DNA from: Glycera tridactyla
Lineage: Eukaryota
Assembly: GCA_965644265.1 (NCBI GenBank)
Contig: OZ286466.1
Coordinates: 45,632,001 to 45,696,000 of the forward strand
Direction of reading: 5' to 3'
DNA: 64,000 nt
A model generated the notes under the pieces. That model made no database searches. It had not been told where the DNA came from and saw nothing but the letters and a program-made list of their open reading frames with translations. Made by a program: the position numbers and the translations under genes. Below, in pieces: positions 52,961 through 63,785 of the stretch (positions within the stretch are counted from its first letter, which is position 1; each line of letters opens with the position of its first letter).

Positions 52961-53489
52961 TGAACCAGACGTGACTTCTGATGAGCATCAGCTAATAGAT
53001 CCAACCTTTGTTTGAAAATTGATTTCCACAGCATGAGTTGGGTCATCTATGTGTTACATATATTCGAGGCGTTTGAGGTGGCTTCGTTGAGACGAGGTCC
53101 GCCTTCAGTGAAGGCTATGTTTATTGGTTAGAACCAACATGGTACGCACAGCTTGCTCGCTATTTGTATAAAATTCTTGTTCACAACTTGGTAATTAAGC
53201 TGTTCTCTTCTGACTTTTCTGCTAGAATTCTTTTGAGTTTCCTTGTTGCCAAATTGGCTTTACATATTCTAGGACTCTATGTTGGATCCACATTCCACGT
53301 GTGCCTGGTGCCCCCATTTCTTCCATTCGAATGTTCTTCACACTTCTAACCTCCCATCCAAGTTCTCCGCCTCAGCTCATCATAATATTGCTTTTTCCTA
53401 AGTCATCTAGATATTTTTCTTTCCCTGTAAGCTCTACTTTGCATGCGGCCCTGTGGGTACTGAAATGAGTTTCCGGCCTTGCTCGTTTG

Positions 53490-53730
53490 TCTGCTTTATT
53501 GAGTGTTAGCTTCCAGTCAGTTACATAGTTAGATATGCCATAATTAGATTCACTTTGTTCATGAAGAGTAGGTAGAGGTGTGTCTGAACTGTCAGCTACT
53601 TCCACTTGACAACTTTTCAGGTTCCCCATCATCTTGTGTCCAGGGTTTGTGAGAGTGATGCCTGCAGGGAAGAGAACATAATCCTGTGGGTTGATACATG
53701 CCGTTAAACCTCAAACAAACAAACAAAAGC
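53490..53730 (+). mobile_element. SINE-like family A
   Basis: 5' part, core and (CAAA)n tail, with a small internal deletion. Confidence 0.85.
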
Positions 53731-53994
53731 AAAAAAATCTGCTTTATTGTAGCAGACTGATTGACCTGGATGATGGAATACTGTCCCTTATACAAGCTGG
53801 GAGTCTGGGTTCAACCCAACAGTTTGCATTGAGTATCTACGGAAAGCACGTGTACCTGAAGAACTTGACTGATTAGCATTCTTCCTGGCATTACATACCA
53901 GACAGGTAAAGCTGGCCATCTAGATCTAACCGATATATGATACATCGGATGCAAAACCTTCTACCACACAGATAATAACAAGAATCGTGTGAAT

Positions 53995-54184
53995 TAGTTC
54001 AGTTGAAGTTTAGTGGCGTGTATCAACCCGGAGGATTATGTATACCATGTGTTCTTGGTCATGAAAGTGGTCAAGTGGAAGTTTCCAACAGTCTAGAACC
54101 ACTCCTACCTGTCTAACATGAACATGGTGAACCTAAAGATGTCATATCTAACTATGTATCAAGCCTGATAGCAATGTTTTCATT
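53995..54184 (-). mobile_element. SINE-like family A bounding the left end of the duplication
   Basis: GGCGTGTATCAACC...ATATCTAACTATGTATCAAGCCTGATAGCAATG. Confidence 0.75.
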
Positions 54185-55014
54185 CTAAACGAAGTCCATC
54201 ATTTGAAACAAGGAAATGTATCAGGTCCAGGGAATACTCAACCGATGTGTTGAGTATGTCCCTGTGTATTTGACTCGTATGAGAACTTTACTCATTGTTC
54301 CCCTATGAAATGATTAGAACATTGCGAGCAAGTCTAGTATATAGCCCCTCACCACCTGTCAACAATCAGTTTTTATGCCCCGGAGGTGGTATAAACCAGG
54401 CCATGCTATTGACAGTCCGTGATCACTCCATAGTGTAATGAATAGTCTTGTTTCAATCAATTACCATCTGCAAGGCATTGTATATCGACAATATATACAG
54501 CATTTTCAACCCACTTCAAGGATACTATCCGATGGCAACTTTGCATATTTCTATTCATCAAAGGGTTAAAGATCTATGTATGAGGGGGTGTGGAGACTGC
54601 GTGACAATCCAGTTTATGTTCTCATTGAAATGTGATCTGATAGGCGTGGCACGTGGTATAGTGGTAGTACATTTCCCCGAATGTTGAACAGCTGCTGCTG
54701 TGGCCTGGGATGGGATGGGTGGCCACGACAGAGGTGTGAGGAAAGCTGCCTTGATAGAGTAAACTCACAGCTACATCAAGGTCACAGATCACATGACAGG
54801 GATGGGTTGTGCTCAATCAAGATTAGACCTCTCTTCAAAGATTACCACCAACGACATTTTGGATCTAAGAATCGTTCAGGCACTGCTGGTGCTACTGAGA
54901 TGAAACGAAATAGGTCAAAAAAGTCAGGTGAACAAAGCTATCCGAATTTCATGCGAATGAAGGAAAATTACCATACTTGGATTGTGAACGATATTGTTGA
55001 CGGTGTATTGTATC

Positions 55015-55290
55015 GTTTGTTTGTTTGAGGTTTGACGGCATGTATCAACCAAAAGGATTATGTATGCCCTGTGTTCTTGGTTAATGAAAGCTAGATGCTC
55101 TCTCTCTCCTGCAGACATCACTCTCACAAACCCTGACCACAAGATGATGGGGCACCTGGAAGGTTGTCAAGTGGAAGTAGCTGACGGTTCAGACACGCCT
55201 CTAACTACCGGTACACAAAAAGGACATATTGAACCTGATGATGGCATATCTAACTATGAAACTGACTGGAAGCTAACACTCATGACCGTC
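55015..55290 (-). mobile_element. SINE-like family A (duplicated at 59225-59500)
   Basis: Near full-length antisense copy. Confidence 0.88.
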
Positions 55291-55319
55291 CTTACACTTA
55301 GATTTATCTGAGCACACGC

Positions 55320-55505
55320 CTGTTCTTGGATGTGTCTGGACTGGCAGTTACTTCAATTCAACATTTCAGGTTCGCCATCATCTTGTATTCGAAGTTTGTG
55401 AGAATGATGCCTGCAAGGGAGAGAATATCAAACTTTCATTGACCAGTAAGAAACGGCATACATCTGGCTTGAGACATGCCACTAAACCTCAACCAACCTA
55501 AAACT
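55320..55505 (+). mobile_element. SINE-like family A (duplicated at 59530-59712)
   Basis: Sense copy lying head-to-head with 55015-55290. Confidence 0.8.
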
Positions 55506-55785
55506 CCTGCCCCCCCCCCCCCCCTACTCTTTGCGAGATTGCATGGCTGACATTTTTACATGTATAACGTTGACACTACAACACACGGCTGCCCTCTGAT
55601 GAACTAGTCGGCAGCACTCAACCAATCAGCCAGTCAATCAATCAAGCACGTGAGTTTCTATAGTATTATTTGTCTGTATTGGATTGTGCATATCACCACG
55701 CGTTCCCTTGTGCATGTATAGCTCAGCCGTAGTACCTGGATCGAAGCCTTTTGTACAAGTACGCATGTCCATACACGTGCCTCTA

Positions 55786-55832
<47 letters not shown>

Positions 55833-56734
55833 GAGCGTGCGTGTGGGTGGGTGGGTGGATGTGCGTGTGGGTGGGTGTGTGCGTGGTAGGTGGATTTTTT
55901 TGTGGGGGGAGGGTTGTGCGGTGTGTGTACGAGGGGTGCGTGCGTGCGTGTGCGTGGTGTGTGTGTGTGTGTGTGCGTGTGGGTGCATGCGTGCGTGATG
56001 TGTGTGCGTATGGGTGTGTGTGCGCGGTGTGTGTGTTTGTGTGTGTTTGCGTGGTGGGTGGGTGTTTTTGTGTGGGGGAGGGTTGTGCGGTGTGTGGNNN
56101 NNNNNNNNNNNNNNNNNNNNNNNNNNNNNNNNNNNNNNNNNNNNNNNNNNNNNNNNNNNNNNNNNNNNNNNNNNNNNNNNNNNNNNNNNNNNNNNNNNNN
56201 NNNNNNNNNNNNNNNNNNNNNNNNNNNNNNNNNNNNNNNNNNNNNNNNNNNNNNNNNNNNNNNNNNNNNNNNNNNNNNNNNNNNNNNNNNNNNNNNNNNN
56301 NNNNNNNNNNNNNNNNNNNNNNNNNNNNNGTGTTTGTAGGTGAGAATGAGCGATTAATGAGGTGAGTGTGTGCGCGTGTGTGTGTGTGTGTGCGTATGTG
56401 TATGTGCGTGGTGTGTGTGTGTATGTGTGCATGCGTGCGTGTGTGTTTGCGTGTGTGTAGGTGATAATGAGAGATTAATGAGGTGAGTGTGTGGCAATGT
56501 GTTAAACCCACGTAGATGCCAGTTGACGCATTATGTTACATCATACATCTCCAGGGGAGGTTGGGGGCCATCTCACAAACGTCCAGGTACCATCGAAACT
56601 CTCACCGGCACAACCCACTACTACACATCATGATCCTACACGATGATCTCAGAAACTACCATATCAATTAAAAACACTCATGCACTTCATGATTTCATAA
56701 TCCTAATCAACAGTCCGGGATCATTCCATTGTAA

Positions 56735-57245
56735 TATAGGCTATTCGATTATGGTGTTACTTCACACAGCCGTCATAATAACTCGAAGTAATTGAATGCC
56801 AAAAGAACTGACCGACAAAGCATTTGATAGGATATTGCTTCGCTGTTTGCTTTCCGTAAGCAATGCCCGGGCTATATCGAGACGCCCATGCAATGGACAT
56901 GGATTTGTTCCTTCGCTGTAACAATTCAGATGACCTGATTGAATACCAACAAAGTGACCTATGATGACTTTGGTGGATTATGCTTGCCGATTGTATTTCT
57001 TCTGGTCAACAGCTTTTCTATATCGTGACACCCATCCAATGAGTGAGTCCATTCGCTGTGATAACTCAGGGGACCAGACTGAATACCTGAAGACTGTCCG
57101 AAAAGGGATTTGGTAGGTTATTGATTGGTTGGTCATTGTTTGTTTCATCGGCAACATTCGGCTATATTGAGACGCCCGTGAGATGGAAATGTGTGAGTTC
57201 ATCCACTGTAACAACTCGGAGGACCTGGATGAATACTCAGGAAAG
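56735..57245. repeat. Degenerate ~145-149-bp tandem repeat, 3-4 units (duplicated at about 61000-61490)
   Basis: (GG/TT)CTATAT(C/T)G(A/T)GAC(G/A)CCC...CTGT(A/G)A(C/T)AA(C/T)TC...GAATAC at about 56868, 57017 and 57161. Confidence 0.65.
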
Positions 57246-57354
57246 GACGGAGAAGGAGTTTGGCCGCATATCCAATGTGTATGGATGAGATCATCTATGA
57301 CTATTCCTTCTAGAACCCAATCTGTAGGAGAAAACTGGTGATTGTTTGGTGAGA

Positions 57355-57639
57355 AAGATTGATTAGTTGGTGTTGAATGGCATATACTAAGCCAGAGAAG
57401 TATGTATGCCACGTGTTCCTGGTCAATGAAAGCTACATGCTCTGACTCCTGCAGGCATCACTCACACAAACACTGGATACAAGATGATGGGGAGTCTGAA
57501 GGGTTGTCAAGTGGAAGTAGCTGACAGTTCAGACATACCTCTACTTACTCATAATGAACAAACTGATTCTAAAGATGGCATATCTAACTATGTATCCGGC
57601 TCGAAGCTGACACTCAAGCCTGATAGCAATGCTTTCATT
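57355..57639 (-). mobile_element. SINE-like family A, hybrid copy at the duplication junction
   Basis: Left part matches the 61612 copy; right part matches the 53995 copy. Confidence 0.85.
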
Positions 57640-58396
57640 ACACCCCCGCCCAAACAAAGTTTGGAAGGGGGTATACTGGAGTCACTCTGTTGGTTGGTCG
57701 GTCGGTCGGTCGGTCAGTCAGTTGGTCTGTCCGCAAAAGTTTGTCCGGCAAACTACTCCCACATTTCTCAAGCTATTGGATTGAGACTGGGCATATTTCT
57801 TCACCATGAAATGTAGATGTGCAAGACACAATTTTCATGCAGATTGATCCACACATTCCAGAGTTATTCAAGAAAAAAGATTTTTGTTTGTATCTGTGTA
57901 TTTGGTTGTATCTGTAAGTTTGGAATTCATTGAGACAGTCGGTAATTGACGTGGCTCATTAATTGTCTGTATGGTGTAAGGCCTCTCACACTCCCCTTGG
58001 CTTCCCTTTCATTGTTATGTAAGATTCTCTGGTAATAGACATGCTTCTGTTGATCTCTGACTGTAGTCCATTTCTTTGCTCTCTCCATAATTACATAACA
58101 CACCCTCAACACACAAAGATGCACATGTATGCACTCACATAGTCAAACCTGCTTTAGAGACCACCTCTCTATAAAGACCACCTGCCTATAAATGTCACCC
58201 TGAGCTGTGACCATGATACTCTTTCCGCCAGTATATGACCTCTATTAAAACCACTTGTCTACAAAGGCCATTATTTGGTGTGACAGGTGGTGGCCTTTAT
58301 AAACAGGTTGGCCATATCTTGGCCATATTGCATACATTCTCAGTATCAAAGTGGTGGCGGGGGTATTTTAGTCACCTCTGTGACAAAGCTCTAGTT
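57640..58396 (+). mobile_element. HINE-like element inserted at the TT of the duplication junction
   Basis: Subterminal inverted repeats ACCCCCGCC (57642) and GGCGGGGGT (58356). (GGTC)n tract, 3' hairpin GTCAC-CTCT-GTGAC and CTAGTT end. Removing it restores CATTCTAAAC as seen at 54181. Confidence 0.75.
58140..58316. mobile_element. pogo/Tigger-like (Tc1/mariner) MITE nested in the HINE
   Basis: Imperfect TIRs TAGTCAAACCTGCTTTAGAGACCACC and GGTGGCCTTTATAAACAGGTTGGCCATA, with TA-like ends. Confidence 0.6.
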
Positions 58397-61300
58397 CTAA
58401 ACGAAGTCCATCATTTGAAACAAGGAAATGTATCAGGTCCAGGGAATACTCAACCGATGTGTTGAGTATGTCCGTGTGTATTTGACTCGTATGAGAACTT
58501 TACTCATTGCTCCCCTATGAAATGTTCAGAACATTGCGAGCAAGTCGATCATATAGCCCCTCACCACCTGTCAACAATCAGTTTTTTTGCCCCGGAGGTG
58601 GTATGGACCAGGTCATGCTATTGACAGTCCGTGATCACTCCATAGAGTAATGAATAGTCTTGTTTCAATCAATTACCATCTGCAAGGCATTGTATATCGC
58701 GATATATACAGCATTTTCAACCCACTTCAAGGATACTATCCGATGGAAATTTTGCATATTTCTATTCATCAAAGGGTTAAAGATCTATGTATGAGGGAGT
58801 GTGGAGACTGCGTGACAATCCAGTTTATGTTCTCATTGAAATGTGATCTGATAGGCGTGGCACGTGGTATAGTGGTAGTATATTTCCCCGAATGTTGAAC
58901 GGCTGCTGCTGCGGCCTGGGATGGGATGGTGGCCACGACAGAGGTGTGAGGAAAGCTGCCTTGATAGAGTAAACTCACAGCTACATCAAGGTCACAGATC
59001 ACATGACAGGGATGGGTTGTGTTCAACCAAGATTAGACCTCTCTTCAAAGATTACCACCAACGACATTTTGGATCTAAGAATCGGTCAGGCACTGCTGGT
59101 GCTACTGAGATGAAACGAAATAGGTCAAAAAAGTCAGGTGAATAAAGCTAGCCGAATTTCATGAGAATGAAGGAGAATTACCATACTTGGATTGTGAACG
59201 ATATTGTTGACGGTGTATTGTATCGTTTGTTTGTTTGTTTGAGGTTTGACGGCATGTATCAACCAAAAGGATTATGTATGCCCTGTGTTCTTGGTTAATG
59301 AAAGCTAGATGCTCTCTCTCCTGCAGACAGCACTCTCACAAACCCTGAACACAAGATGATGGGGCACCTGGAAGGTTGTCAAGTGGAAGTAGCTGATGGT
59401 TCAGACACGCCTCTAACTACCGGTACACAAAAAGGACACATTGAACCTGATGATGGCATATCTAACTATGTAACTGACTGGAGGCTAACACTCATGACCG
59501 TCCTTACACTTAGATTTATCTGAGCACACGCCTGTTCTTGGATGTGTCTGGACTGGCAGTTACTTCAATTCAACATTTCAGGTTCGCCATCATCTTGTAT
59601 TCGGAGTTTGTGAGAATGATGCCTGCAAGGGAGAGAATATCAAGCTTTCATTGACCAGTAAGATACGGCATACATCTGGCTTGAGACATGCCACTAAACC
59701 TCAACCAACCTAAAACTCCTGCCCCCCGCCCCCCGCCCCCCTCCCCCCCCCACTACTCTTTGCGAGATTGCATGGCTGACATTTTTACATGTATAACGTT
59801 GACACTACAACACACGGCTGCTCTCTGATGAACTAGTCGGCAGCACTCAACCAATCAGCCAGTCAATCAATCATGCACGTGAGTTTCTATAGTATTATTT
59901 GTCCGTATTGGATTGTGCATATCACCACGTGTTCCCTTGTGCATGAGTGGCGCAGCCGTAGTACCTGGATCGAAGCCTTTTGTACAAGTACGCATGTCCA
60001 TACACGTGCCTCTATATGTGTGTGTGTGTGTGTGTGTGCGTGGGTGTGAGCGTGCGTGTGTGTGGGTTGGTGGGTGGGTGGATGTGCGTGTGGGTGGGTG
60101 TGTGCGTGGTGGGTGGACTTTTTTGTGGGGGGAGGGTTGTGCGGTGTGTGTAGGGGGTGCGTGNNNNNNNNNNNNNNNNNNNNNNNNNNNNNNNNNNNNN
60201 NNNNNNNNNNNNNNNNNNNNNNNNNNNNNNNNNNNNNNNNNNNNNNNNNNNNNNNNNNNNNNNNNNNNNNNNNNNNNNNNNNNNNNNNNNNNNNGTGTTT
60301 TTGTGTGTGGGGGAGGGTTGTGCGGTGTGTGGGGTGCGTGCNNNNNNNNNNNNNNNNNNNNNNNNNNNNNNNNNNNNNNNNNNNNNNNNNNNNNNNNNNN
60401 NNNNNNNNNNNNNNNNNNNNNNNNNNNNNNNNNNNNNNNNNNNNNNNNNNNNNNNNNNNNNNNNNNNNNNNNNNNNNNNNNNNNNNNNNNNNNNNGGCGT
60501 GTATGTGTGTGCTTGCGTGCGTGTGTGTGCGTGTGTGTACGTGTGTGTGGCGTGTATGTGAGAGTGTGTGTGCGTGTTTGTAAGTGAGAATNNNNNNNNN
60601 NNNNNNNNNNNNNNNNNNNNNNNNNNNNNNNNNNNNNNNNNNNNNNNNNNNNNNNNNNNNNNNNNNNNNNNNNNNNNNNNNNNNNNNNNNNNNNNNNNNN
60701 NNNNNNNNNNNNNNNNNNNNNNNNAGGTGATAATGAGAGATTAATGAGGTGAGTGTGTGGCAATGTGTTAAACCCACGTAGATGCCAGTTGACGCATTAT
60801 GTTACATCATACATCTCCAGGGGAGGTTGGGGGCCATCTCACAAACGTCCAGGTACCATCGAAACTCTCACCGGCACAACCCACTACTACACATCATGAT
60901 CCTACACGATGATCTCAGAAACTACCATATCAATTCAAAACACTCATGCACTTCATGATTTCATGATCCTAATCAACAGTCCGGGATCATTCCATTGTAA
61001 TATAGGCTATTCGATTATGGTGTTACTTCACACAGCCGTCATAATAACTCGAAGTAATTGAATGCCAAAAGAACTGACCGACAAACCATTTGATAGGATA
61101 TTGCTTCGTTGTTTGCTTTCCGTAAGCAATGCCCGGGCTATATCGAGACATGGATTTGTTCCTTCGCTGGAACAGTTCAGATGACCTGATTGAATACCAA
61201 CAAAGTGACCTATGATGACTTTGGTGGATTATTGCTTGCCGATTGTATTTCTTCTTGTCAACAGCTTTTCTATATCGTGACACCCATCCAATGAGTGAGT

Positions 61301-61845
61301 CCATTCGCTGTGATAACTCCGGGGACCAGACGGAGTACCTAAAGACTGTCCGAAAAGGATTTGGTAGGTTATTGATTGGCTGGTCATTTTTTGTTTCATC
61401 GGCAATATTTGGCTATATTGAGACGCCCGTGAGATGGAAATGTGTGAGTTCATCCACTGTGACAACTCGGAGGACCTGGATGAATGCTCAGAAAAGGACG
61501 GAGAAGGAGTTTGGCCGCATATCCAATGTGTATGGATGAGATCATCTATGGCTATTCCTTCTAGAACCCAATCTGTAGGAGAAAACTGGTGATTGTTTGG
61601 TGAGAAAGATTGATTAGTTGGTGTTGAATGGCATATACTAAGCCAGAGAATTATGAATGCCACGTGTTCCTGGTCAATGAAAGCTACATGCTCTGACTCC
61701 TGCAGGCATCACTCACACAAACACTGGATACAAGATGATGGGGAGTCTGAAGGGTTGTCGAGTGGAAGTAGCTGACAGTTCAGACATACCTCTACTTACT
61801 CATAATGAACAAACTGATTCTAAAGATGGCATATCTAACTATGTT
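58397..61845. repeat. Tandem segmental duplication, copy 2
   Basis: Begins CTAAACGAAGTCCATC as at 54185. Close similarity ends at ATATCTAACTATGT inside a SINE copy. Confidence 0.95.
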
Positions 61846-61895
61846 ATTGGCTGGATGCTGACACCCAAGTCCGAGTGCAATGCTTTCTTTCTTAG
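61612..61895 (-). mobile_element. SINE-like family A bounding the right end of the duplication
   Basis: Full-length antisense copy. Confidence 0.85.
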
Positions 61896-62554
61896 CAAAG
61901 TGCAACACTTGAAACTAGGAAAGGCTTTGGATTCGGAGAATATTGACCTATGTGTTCATCTACTGTTAACACTTCAGAAGACATGTCCCGCACCCATTGT
62001 TGGCTGCTAAATATCCTGGATTGAGTGAAGACACAGTTGTGTGAGTGAGTGAGTGGGTGGGTGAGTGAATGAGTGGAGAGATATGATTACTGTAGGATCT
62101 GGCTGATGAGTTGAGTGAAAATGGCCTCGGAGGTTGAGGTGTGTGCGGATATGTGGATGCGGCGACAATGTAGTACCTGGGCCCGATGTATGCCGTGTGA
62201 CAAGCCTCTCCCTCTCCGCGCCAGGAGCGGCTGGGAGCCCAGGTCAGTCAGCCATACAGCGGGGATCCGCCGACACACCTACCGCAACCTCCGCACCTGG
62301 AACTATACCTGTATACACACAGTCCCCCTGTAAGGATCCGTGCACGCACCTCTCTCCCACACCTGGATATGCCGACTCGATTACACCAAGATATGGNNNN
62401 NNNNNNNNNNNNNNNNNNNNNNNNNNNNNNNNNNNNNNNNNNNNNNNNNNNNNNNNNNNNNNNNNNNNNNNNNNNNNNNNNNNNNNNNNNNNNNNNNNNN
62501 NNNNNNNNNNNNNNNNNNNNNNNNNNNNNNNNNNNNNNNNNNNNNNNNNNNNNN

Positions 62555-63299
62555 GGATGAATGGTGAGTGAATGGATGGTTTAGCGAGTGAGTGAGTGAC
62601 TGAGTGGGTGAGTGGGTGGGTGAGTTAGTGAGTAAGTGAGTGAGTGAGCGTGTGCGTGCGTGCGTGGGTGCGTGGGTGCGTGCGNNNNNNNNNNNNNNNN
62701 NNNNNNNNNNNNNNNNNNNNNNNNNNNNNNNNNNNNNNNNNNNNNNNNNNNNNNNNNNNNNNNNNNNNNNNNNNNNNNNNNNNNNNNNNNNNNNNNNNNN
62801 NNNNNNNNNNNNNNNNNNNNNNNNNNNNNNNNNNNNNNNNNNNNNNNNNNNNNNNNNNNNNNNNNNNNNNNNNNNNNNNNNNNNNNNNNNNNNNNNTGCG
62901 TGCGTGCGTGCGTTTGTGANNNNNNNNNNNNNNNNNNNNNNNNNNNNNNNNNNNNNNNNNNNNNNNNNNNNNNNNNNNNNNNNNNNNNNNNNNNNNNNNN
63001 NNNNNNNNNNNNNNNNNNNNNNNNNNNNNNNNNNNNNNNNNNNNNNNNNNNNNNNNNNNNNNNNNNNNNNNNNNNNNNNNNNNNNNNNNNNNNGGATGAA
63101 TGGTGAGTGAATGGATGGTTTAGCGAGTGAGTGAGTGACTGAGTGGGTGAGTGGGTGAGCGCGCGTGCTCACTCACCCACCCACTCACCCACTCAGTCAC
63201 TCACTCACTCACTAAACCATCCATTCACTCACCATTCATCCTCCCACTTGCTCGATCATTCAATGAGTGAGCGCGCGCGTGCGTGCGTGCGTGCGTGAG

Positions 63300-63343
<44 letters not shown>

Positions 63344-63785
63344 TGAGTGAGTGAGTGCGTGTGTGAGTGAGTGAGTGAGCGCGTNNNNNNNNNNNNNNNN
63401 NNNNNNNNNNNNNNNNNNNNNNNNNNNNNNNNNNNNNNNNNNNNNNNNNNNNNNNNNNNNNNNNNNNNNNNNNNNNNNNNNNNNNNNNNNNNNNNNNNNN
63501 NNNNNNNNNNNNNNNNNNNNNNNNNNNNNNNNNNNNNNNNNNNTGTGTGCGTTTGTGAGTGAGTGAGTGAGTGAGTGAGTGAGTGAGTGAGTGAGTGAGT
63601 GAGTGAGTGAGTGAGTGAGTGAGTGAGTGAGTGAGTGAGTGAGTCCGTTTGTGAGTGAGTGCATTTGTGAGTGAGTCCGTTTGTGAGTGAGTGAGCGCGT
63701 GAGTGAGCGCGTGAGTGAGTGAGTGAGTGAGTGAGTGAGTCAGTCAGTGAGTCAGTGAGTCAGTGAGTCAGTGAGTGAGTGAGTG
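62555..63785. repeat. (GAGT)n/(GCGT)n compound microsatellite region, partly N-masked
   Basis: Direct reading. Confidence 0.93.
63094..63241. repeat. Near-perfect inverted repeat with ~67-bp arms; direct copy at 62555
   Basis: GGATGAATGGTGAGTGAATGGATGGTTTAG... and its reverse complement ending ...CACCATTCATCC. Confidence 0.9.

Larger units (their letters stand above)
48766..53122 (+). mobile_element. Non-autonomous Helentron-type element (HINE/DINE-1-like) carrying a satellite array
   Basis: Perfect 17-bp subterminal inverted repeats ACCTCGTCTCAACGAAG (48766-48782) and CTTCGTTGAGACGAGGT (53082-53098). Also a 5' hairpin, a (GGCGTC)n microsatellite, central tandem repeats, a 3' hairpin GCCTTC-AGT-GAAGGC (53101-53115) and T-rich ends. 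Confidence 0.85.
54185..57639. repeat. Tandem segmental duplication, copy 1 (~3.45 kb)
   Basis: Colinear with 58397-61845. Differs by scattered substitutions and small indels (a few percent by eye). Confidence 0.95.

Noticed and set aside
52975-53000. CTGATGAG inside the HINE 3' region
   Set aside because: It is a simple CTGATG/CATCAG hairpin without the hammerhead stem layout.
53372-53632. Recurrent small peptides of the type MMGNLKGCQVEVADSSDTPLP in many ORFs
   Set aside because: They are antisense translations of the SINE-like family A core, not a gene family.
55232-55265. CTGATGA...GAAAC in the SINE suggesting a hammerhead or retrozyme
   Set aside because: The intervening sequence cannot form stem II, and GAAA is not conserved in other copies (GTAAC).
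56978-57412. 144-aa ORF with a signal-peptide-like start (MAYILLWLSICHS), present in both duplicate copies
   Set aside because: The start comes from the SINE 3' end, and copy 2 is frameshifted relative to copy 1.
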